This document shows, in pieces, positions 56,433 to 64,000 of a stretch of DNA of 64,000 nt. A program made the position numbers and the translations under genes. A model generated the notes under the pieces. It was not told where the DNA came from. It made no database searches and saw nothing but the letters and a program-made list of their open reading frames with translations. The stretch spans positions 13,800 through 77,799 of the forward strand of contig JAFTNY010000033.1 in assembly GCA_017451625.1 (NCBI GenBank), in the 5' to 3' direction. Numbering within the stretch: position 1 is the stretch's first letter; every line of letters starts with the position of its first letter. This DNA is from Alphaproteobacteria bacterium (GTDB lineage Bacteria; Pseudomonadota; Alphaproteobacteria; Rs-D84).

Positions 56433-57143
56433 TTATAATTGTTCTGTCGACAAAAATCCAGTATTTAATGGGTCGCCGTCGCCATCGACAATCAAATATT
56501 CTGCCACACGCAGTCCTAACGGATTATCGATACGATCTGCCCACTTTATTTGCGAATTGTCCTCTTCTTGTAATTTCAATTTGATTGTATAATCTTTTTG
56601 GCGCGTCCGTCCAGTATTATCTGCACAGAAATAGCGAATTTTTACCTGATATGCGTCTTCTGCCGCCAGATACATTATTCCGTCAAATACCACCGGACAT
56701 GTAAATTCAAAGTCTGGCATTTCACTCATCATTGCGGTAAACATTGTTGTGTTCATAAAATCCGCATAGACCGCATCTGTTGACATAATGCGAACTGTAC
56801 CGTCTTCGCCGTTCCACTTTTTATGCATTGCCTTGGCGTTGGTAAAGACTTCGTTTCTGTGGCGGATGTATTCGCGAACAAATGCGCGTTTATATCGGTC
56901 CAGATTTTCGCCCTGTGGCTGCATCTGGGTCAGTTTGATATCTTGGTCATCACGCACAGTTGTTGTTAAAAAGAATATTTGTGGTCGGTTCAATGGGAAC
57001 ATCTTGCCCAGTGTCAACGCCAAAACCCCCAGCACGACCAGCGCGCCAGCCAACACCAACGTCATAATTCTGGATATTAAAATTGGCGGTTTTACGCGGT
57101 TTTGCACGAATTTCTCCCCCTTGATTAAAACGATTGTAGACAA
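56433..57143 (-). CDS. virB8: Type IV secretion system protein VirB8-like
   Basis: Bitopic: short cytoplasmic N-terminus, one TM, NTF2-like periplasmic domain ending in the VirB8 signature 'NPLGLRVAEY'. The likely start is GTG at 57107 (SD 'aagggggag'); the TTG at 57143 is from the ORF track. Confidence 0.7.
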   Translation of the reverse strand: MSTIVLIKGEKFVQNRVKPPILISRIMTLVLAGALVVLGVLALTLGKMFPLNRPQIFFLTTTVRDDQDIKLTQMQPQGENLDRYKRAFVREYIRHRNEVFTNAKAMHKKWNGEDGTVRIMSTDAVYADFMNTTMFTAMMSEMPDFEFTCPVVFDGIMYLAAEDAYQVKIRYFCADNTGRTRQKDYTIKLKLQEEDNSQIKWADRIDNPLGLRVAEYLIVDGDGDPLNTGFLSTEQL

Positions 57144-57223
57144 AAGTGTCCGACTTATGCAAGAAAAAACTAAACATAATCACTAATGTTGTGTGACGGG
57201 CGGTATGGTGTTTAAATTTTGGC

Positions 57224-57252
57224 TTGCGCGAATAGTGGAAAAATATTATAAT
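57224..57252 (+). promoter_or_regulatory. Sigma70-like promoter candidate for tRNA-Trp/secE/nusG operon
   Basis: TTGCGC-N17-TATAAT, ~80 nt upstream of tRNA-Trp. Confidence 0.4.
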
Positions 57253-57331
57253 ATTTCCGCTTGATTTTTTGTATTCGTGTGCTATTCTGTCGCAGACTAT
57301 ATGTTGGCATGTGGTACGTCAAGCGGCACAC

Positions 57332-57405
57332 AGGGGCATAGTTCAACGGTAGAATATCGGTCTCCAAAACCGCGGATGAGGGTTCGATTCCTTCTGCCCC
57401 TGCCA
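57332..57405 (+). tRNA. tRNA-Trp (anticodon CCA)
   Basis: 'AGGGGCATAGTTCAACGGTAGAATATCGGTCTCCAAAACCGCGGATGAGGGTTCGATTCCTTCTGCCCCTGCCA': anticodon loop 'CTCCAAA', TPsiC 'GGTTCGATTCC'. Confidence 0.9.
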
Positions 57406-57555
57406 AATTCAAAAATGCGATGCGTTCGTGTTTTTGAATGTGGCAGTGCAGGGTAAAGGGGCGAACCCGAAGAAGATAAATGGTGTTGGGTTCGCATACG
57501 AGTAAGATTTTGCAAGCGGTTGCGTCGCAAAATCGGTACGAGTGGTGAGCGACAG

Positions 57556-57580
57556 CGAACTTTCCTTCTGCCCCTGCCAA
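57556..57580 (+). repeat. Direct repeat of the 3' ~20 nt of tRNA-Trp ('ttccttctgcccctgccaa')
   Basis: Identical 19-mer at 57387..57405 and 57562..57580; the ~150 bp between them has hairpins but no ORF. Confidence 0.55.
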
Positions 57581-57619
57581 TAGATAGTTGAAAAAATTAC
57601 GTAATTTAGGCAGTTTTTT

Positions 57620-57799
57620 ATGAAGAAAATACTTGATTTTTTTAAGTCTGTTCGCAGTGAATGGTTTAAAATTGTGTGGCCTTCGCGCGACAGTGTTGTG
57701 CGTGCAACTATCAGGAGTTTGGTGTTTTCTGGGTTGGCGGCGCTGTTCTTTTTTGTTGTGGACAGTGTGTTGAACGCGATTGTTGGATGGATTTTCTAA
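57620..57799 (+). CDS. secE: Preprotein translocase subunit SecE (short single-TM form)
   Basis: 59 aa 'MKKILDFFKSVRSEWFKIVWPSRDSVVRATIRSLVFSGLAALFFFVVDSVLNAIVGWIF'. It is below the ORF-track size cutoff. Confidence 0.8.
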   Translation: MKKILDFFKSVRSEWFKIVWPSRDSVVRATIRSLVFSGLAALFFFVVDSVLNAIVGWIF

Positions 57800-57820
57800 A
57801 TGCAGGCAAAGGAAGCGTAA

Positions 57821-58354
57821 ATGGAAGAAAAAATGCAGTGGTTTGTCGTTAATGTTCATACAAGTTGCGAAGACAAGGTCGCGCGTGGTCTGCGTGAACA
57901 AATTGATAAACGTCGTCTGAATGCGTTGTTTGGTGAAATTTTGGTTCCAACACGTGAGGTTACCGAGGTTAAGGGTGGTAAACGTGTTAAAACTGAAAAA
58001 AAGTTTTTTCCAGGGTACATTGTTGTCCAAATGGTTATGAATAACGAAACGTTTACTCTGGTAAAGCAAATTCCACAGGTTGTTATGTTCTTGGGCGCGC
58101 GTAATAAGCCAATCGCGGTTAGCGAAGCCGAAGCTCACCGTCTGATTAAACAGGTCGAAGAAGGTGCGGTTGCGTCTGACGATATTGTTTACGAAGTTGG
58201 TCAAGAGGTGCATGTTATCGATGGTCCGTTTGCGGGCTTTAACGGTGTTGCGTCTGATGTGGACAATGTAAAACAAAAAATGACTGTGACAGTTCTGGTG
58301 TTTGGTCGTGAAACCAGCATGGAATTGGAATTTAGTCAGGTTGAACGGGTATAA
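57821..58354 (+). CDS. nusG: Transcription termination/antitermination factor NusG
   Basis: NGN domain 'WFVVNVHTSCEDKV' and KOW 'EVGQEVHVIDGPFAGFNGV'. Confidence 0.95.
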   Translation: MEEKMQWFVVNVHTSCEDKVARGLREQIDKRRLNALFGEILVPTREVTEVKGGKRVKTEKKFFPGYIVVQMVMNNETFTLVKQIPQVVMFLGARNKPIAVSEAEAHRLIKQVEEGAVASDDIVYEVGQEVHVIDGPFAGFNGVASDVDNVKQKMTVTVLVFGRETSMELEFSQVERV

Positions 58355-58456
58355 AGTTTTTTGTGGTTTTCTGAAAAATATCATGTAAAATCACAGCAAA
58401 ACGTGGTAGATACGCCATATCGTACCACGACACAAACGAAAAAAACGGAGTGAAAA

Positions 58457-58888
58457 ATGGCAAAGAAAGAAGTTAAGGGATTGGTCAAATTGGTCGTCCC
58501 TGCAAAACAGGCGAATCCTGCGCCACCGATTGGGCCGGCGTTGGGTGCTGCTGGTGTAAACATCGCAGAATTCTGCAAACAGTTTAACGACAAAACATCT
58601 GATAAAGAACCTGGGATGCCAATTCCATGTATTATCACTGTTTATACAGATCGCAGTTTCGAATTTATTATGAAATTGCCACCTGTGTCATATTATATTA
58701 AAAAGGCGTTAAAACTGAAAATCGGTTCACACAAGCCAGGACGTGATTTCGTTGGCACAATTTCCAAGGTACAGATTCAGGAAATTGCCACCGCAAAAAT
58801 GCCAGACTTGAATTGCTCTTCCATTGAATCTGCAATGAATATCGTTGCGGGTCAGTGTCGTTCTATGGGCGTAAAGGTAGAGGAGTAA
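58457..58888 (+). CDS. rplK: 50S ribosomal protein L11
   Basis: '[30 protein letters not shown]'. Confidence 0.95.
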   Translation: MAKKEVKGLVKLVVPAKQANPAPPIGPALGAAGVNIAEFCKQFNDKTSDKEPGMPIPCIITVYTDRSFEFIMKLPPVSYYIKKALKLKIGSHKPGRDFVGTISKVQIQEIATAKMPDLNCSSIESAMNIVAGQCRSMGVKVEE

Positions 58889-58892
58889 TATC

Positions 58893-59567
58893 ATGAAACT
58901 GACAAAGAAACAGCAAACTTGGCAGAACTTGGACGCAGACAAAGTGTATTCTTTGGCTGACGCGATTGAAGTTTTGCGTGAATATGCATCTAAAAAGTTT
59001 GACGAAACATTGGAAATCGCTATCCGTTTGGGTATCGATGTGACCAAGGCCGATCAGAACATTCGTGGTATGTTGTCTTTGCCAAACGGCACAGGCAAAA
59101 CAGTCCGCGTTGCTGTATTTACTGCCAATGCACAGGACGAAGCCAAGCAGGCGGGTGCCGACGTTGTTGGTGGCGAAGAATTGATTGATTCTGTGGCGGC
59201 TGGCAATATCAATTTTGATCGCGTAATTGCGACACCTGATATGATGCCAAAAATGTCAAAAATTGCACGTGTTTTGGGCCCCAAGGGTCTGTTGCCGAAT
59301 CCAAAACTGGGTACGGTTACAAACAACGTTGCCGATGCTGTTAAAACAGCCAAGGCCGGTCAGATTGAATACCGCGCAGAAAAGAAGGGTATCATCCATG
59401 CGGGTATCGGCAAAATGTCATTTACAACCGATAAATTGGTTGAAAATGCTAATGCCTTGATTGACCAGTTGAAAAAGGTAAAACCAGCATCTGCCAAAGG
59501 GCAATATATCTTGGGTATCTCTGTTGCAACAACACAGGGCCCTGGCTTAAAGGTTGATGCAAAATAA
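58893..59567 (+). CDS. rplA: 50S ribosomal protein L1
   Basis: Typical L1 sequence and position after rplK. Confidence 0.95.
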   Translation: MKLTKKQQTWQNLDADKVYSLADAIEVLREYASKKFDETLEIAIRLGIDVTKADQNIRGMLSLPNGTGKTVRVAVFTANAQDEAKQAGADVVGGEELIDSVAAGNINFDRVIATPDMMPKMSKIARVLGPKGLLPNPKLGTVTNNVADAVKTAKAGQIEYRAEKKGIIHAGIGKMSFTTDKLVENANALIDQLKKVKPASAKGQYILGISVATTQGPGLKVDAK

Positions 59568-59749
59568 TTCGTTGCGACCGGTGATGAACTGGTCGCACAA
59601 ACAGATTTCTGTCCAAGACTGATGGTGCGGCGACGCTTAATTCCCATCATAGACAAAGAAAAAAGATTCTTTGGGGCAGGAACCTCGGCCCCACCCAGAT
59701 GAAATCTGGATGGAAAGTTAACAAAAACAGAAGCTTGAAGGAAAAATAG
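59568..59749 (+). promoter_or_regulatory. rplJ 5' leader (candidate L10/L12 autoregulatory leader)
   Basis: 180-nt structured intergenic region upstream of rplJ. Confidence 0.35.
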
Positions 59750-60229
59750 ATGAGACGCGAAGAAAAATCAGATTTGATTTCAGCGTTGCAGTCGTCCCTG
59801 AAAGACGCAAACGGTGTTTTCGTTATTGAAAACCATGGTTTGACAGTACAAGAATTCGAAGCCCTGCGTAATGAATTGCGCCCATTGGTTTCTGTATTCA
59901 AGGTTGTTAAAAACCGTTTGATGAAGTTGGCGTTAAAAGACACTGACTTTGAACCTGTATCTGATATGCTGAAACGCCCAACAGCGGTTGCAGTTGCGAC
60001 TGACGGTTTGGCGGTTACCAAGGTATTGGCAAAATTTGCGGACGAACACCCAAATTTGACAATCGTTGGTGGTAAAATGGATGCAGACGTTCTGGACGTT
60101 GACGGCGTTATGCAGTTATCCAAGCTTCCTTCCCTGTTGGAAATCCGTTCTACAATCGCGCGTATTTTGGTCGAACCTGCATCGCGCTTGGCACGTGTTT
60201 CAGCAGAGTATGGAAAAAAAGAACAATAA
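59750..60229 (+). CDS. rplJ: 50S ribosomal protein L10
   Basis: 159 aa; typical L10. Confidence 0.95.
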   Translation: MRREEKSDLISALQSSLKDANGVFVIENHGLTVQEFEALRNELRPLVSVFKVVKNRLMKLALKDTDFEPVSDMLKRPTAVAVATDGLAVTKVLAKFADEHPNLTIVGGKMDADVLDVDGVMQLSKLPSLLEIRSTIARILVEPASRLARVSAEYGKKEQ

Positions 60230-60278
60230 AATCAGAATACAAATATTCTGACCTAAAACAAAACTTAGGAGTAATAAA

Positions 60279-60644
60279 ATGGCAGACATTCAGAAATTAG
60301 TTGAAGAATTGTCAAAATTGACCGTTTTGGAAGCAGTTGAACTGTCCAAAGCATTGGAAGAAACATGGGGCGTTAGCGCGGCTGCTGCTGTTGCAGTTGC
60401 TGCTGGTCCTGTTGCGGCGGCTGCCGAAGAAAAGTCTGAATTTGACGTTATCTTGGCAGAAATCGGCGCAAACAAATTGGCTGTTATCAAGGCCGTTAAA
60501 GAAGCCACAGGTCTGGGCTTGGGCGAAGCCAAAGCATTGGTAGAATCTGCGCCAAAGGCCGTTAAAGAAGGTTTGGCCAAAGACGAAGCCGAAAAATTAA
60601 AGGCCTCTTTGGAAGCCGCCGGTGCCAAAGTTGAAATGAAATAA
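60279..60644 (+). CDS. rplL: 50S ribosomal protein L7/L12
   Basis: Ala-rich hinge, then '[39 protein letters not shown]'. Confidence 0.95.
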   Translation: MADIQKLVEELSKLTVLEAVELSKALEETWGVSAAAAVAVAAGPVAAAAEEKSEFDVILAEIGANKLAVIKAVKEATGLGLGEAKALVESAPKAVKEGLAKDEAEKLKASLEAAGAKVEMK

Positions 60645-60711
60645 TTCATTTCGGCATGGACCGTATGGTTCTAAAATGAATCCGTCATATGAAAATATGA
60701 CAAAAACGCCG

Positions 60712-60739
60712 CCCGCGTGGGATGAAAATCCCATGCGGG
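60712..60739 (+). promoter_or_regulatory. rplL-rpoB intergenic hairpin (candidate attenuator)
   Basis: 'cccgcgtggga-tgaaaa-tcccatgcggg'. Confidence 0.4.
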
Positions 60740-61010
60740 CACAAAGGCGTAAAAGACAAAAGTCAAAAAACATACGCGAAAAAAGCGGGGCAAAAAGGAG
60801 ATTGTTAAATAAATTGTGGCAGATAATTAAGGAAGAAACAAAAATTTTTATGCAGGATGTATGACATACATTCAAATAAAAATTTGCAGTTAATTATTTA
60901 ATTATCTGGAATCTTTAAAAAAATTATTCACAATTTGTTTAAGAATTTTCTTTTTGCCCTGCTTGATATCGTTTCGTTTGCAAAACGCACAGAAAAAAGG
61001 ATTAAAACCG

Positions 61011-64000
<2,990 letters not shown>

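Noticed and set aside
57332-57620. Prophage or integrative element at tRNA-Trp
   Set aside because: Only a 19-nt direct repeat and ~150 bp of non-coding sequence are present, with no integrase, excisionase or phage ORFs in the window. It is kept as a possible scar in the findings, not called a mobile element.
57212-58384. 390-aa minus-strand ORF spanning tRNA-Trp, secE and nusG
   Set aside because: It is antisense to three well-supported features (tRNA cloverleaf, SecE, NusG), its translation is low-complexity with no motifs, and the compact plus-strand operon explains the region.
60661-61010. Short ORFs (62-92 aa) between rplL and rpoB
   Set aside because: They fall in the well-known rplL-rpoB attenuator/leader region, overlap each other on both strands, and have no RBS or motifs.

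Overview
This window looks like a contiguous chromosomal segment of a Gram-negative, probably host-associated alphaproteobacterium-like organism. The gene order tRNA-Trp, secE, nusG, rplK, rplA, rplJ, rplL, rpoB supports this, and LpxD/FabZ, PagL and MliC indicate a Gram-negative envelope. The window is densely coding. Housekeeping genes include an RND pump, dacC-SPOR, recR, rsmA, a kef-type antiporter, lspA, yidC, comF, valS, dnaQ, uvrD, fabZ, lpxD, nusA, infB, rpmE, PBP1A, mraY, ftsW, murG, two tRNAs, and the ribosomal/rpoB cluster at the 3' end. An accessory layer is interleaved with these. (i) A virB8-virB9-virB10 type IV secretion operon lies on the minus strand at 52438..57143, with unusual C-terminal extensions: a Cys-rich tail on VirB10 and a SPOR-like tail on VirB9. 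(ii) Five paralogous polytopic membrane proteins (about 400-500 aa each) sit in tandem at 32772..39386; most share an N-proximal C-x-x-C...F motif, and they are tentatively VirB6/TrbL-like. (iii) A 754-aa secreted Cys-rich protein follows that array, with a 730-aa paralog at 48419..50548 that carries Ser/Arg/Thr/Ala-rich tandem repeats. (iv) A family of small Cys/Ser/Thr/Gly-rich secreted proteins carries eukaryote-like 'C-P-x-G-T-Y' cysteine motifs; three of these genes are preceded by a conserved ~150-bp 5' module, and two copies are ~95% identical. (v) A uniform family of A-run/TCCCC-loop-GGGGA/T-run bidirectional terminators recurs through the window. Also present are a short repeat of the tRNA-Trp 3' end, several apparently degenerate enzymes (IMPase-like, metallophosphoesterase-like), a short hairpin-less RND adaptor, and a reduced dcw cluster (mraY-ftsW-murG without murD). 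No CRISPR arrays, transposases or integrases were recognised. All calls come from reading the ORF translations and the DNA; no database searches were run.
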